Of a stretch of DNA of 64,000 bases, positions 63,906-64,000 are shown piece after piece. This stretch comes from Octopus bimaculoides (Eukaryota). The notes beneath the pieces are model-generated. The model worked only from the letters and a program-made list of their open reading frames with translations. It was not told the DNA's origin and searched no databases. Position 1 is the stretch's first letter, and each line of letters starts with the position of its first letter. The translations under genes were made by a program, and so were the position numbers. The stretch covers positions 52,031,357 through 52,095,356 of the forward strand of contig NC_068989.1 of NCBI RefSeq assembly GCF_001194135.2, read 5' to 3'.

Positions 63906-64000
63906 GTTGAATCGTTATCTACATTCCAAAGATGAAGATTTGTGTCTTAGTTCGAAACCAGCTCCTCACTCAATTTTAGAAGAGAATGCACGAAATTACA

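Noticed and set aside
63925-63965. gatgaag...tcgaaacc resembling a hammerhead core
   Set aside because: No CUGANGA and no convincing stem II/III pairing
1-64000. CRISPR arrays, operons, rRNA, prokaryotic defence systems
   Set aside because: No regularly spaced repeat-spacer arrays or gene-dense coding; sequence is eukaryotic repeat-rich DNA

Overview
AT-rich, repeat-dense animal genomic DNA from a gapped short-read assembly. There are 15 N-gaps, most abutting (TA)n or other microsatellites. The SINE families and microsatellite load look like an octopus/cephalopod genome (inference from recognition, not a search). Identifiable content is mostly mobile-element debris: three tRNA-derived SINE families; a full-length TA-flanked DD41D-like mariner with 31-bp TIRs (49915-51240); maT-like and Tc1 fragments; a long-arm MITE; two Helitron 3' ends, one with a PIF1-like helicase remnant; two Tx1/L1-clade LINE copies; two HERO-like and one R4/Dong-like restriction-endonuclease LINE fragments; and a CR1-like endonuclease piece. 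No host gene could be named. There is a phase-compatible candidate spliced gene on + (about 1.7-4.4 kb) and probable pseudogenised LRR/membrane-protein exons on -. The standout is 14815-15410: a tRNA-headed, (AAT)n-containing element ending in an intact-looking minimal type I hammerhead ribozyme of the Penelope/retrozyme kind. A second, inverted, mutated ribozyme copy is attached at its 5' end, and the two copies show a compensatory base-pair change. No prokaryotic features, CRISPR arrays, rRNA or true tRNA genes were found. Almost all ORFs in the supplied track are microsatellite or N-gap artefacts.
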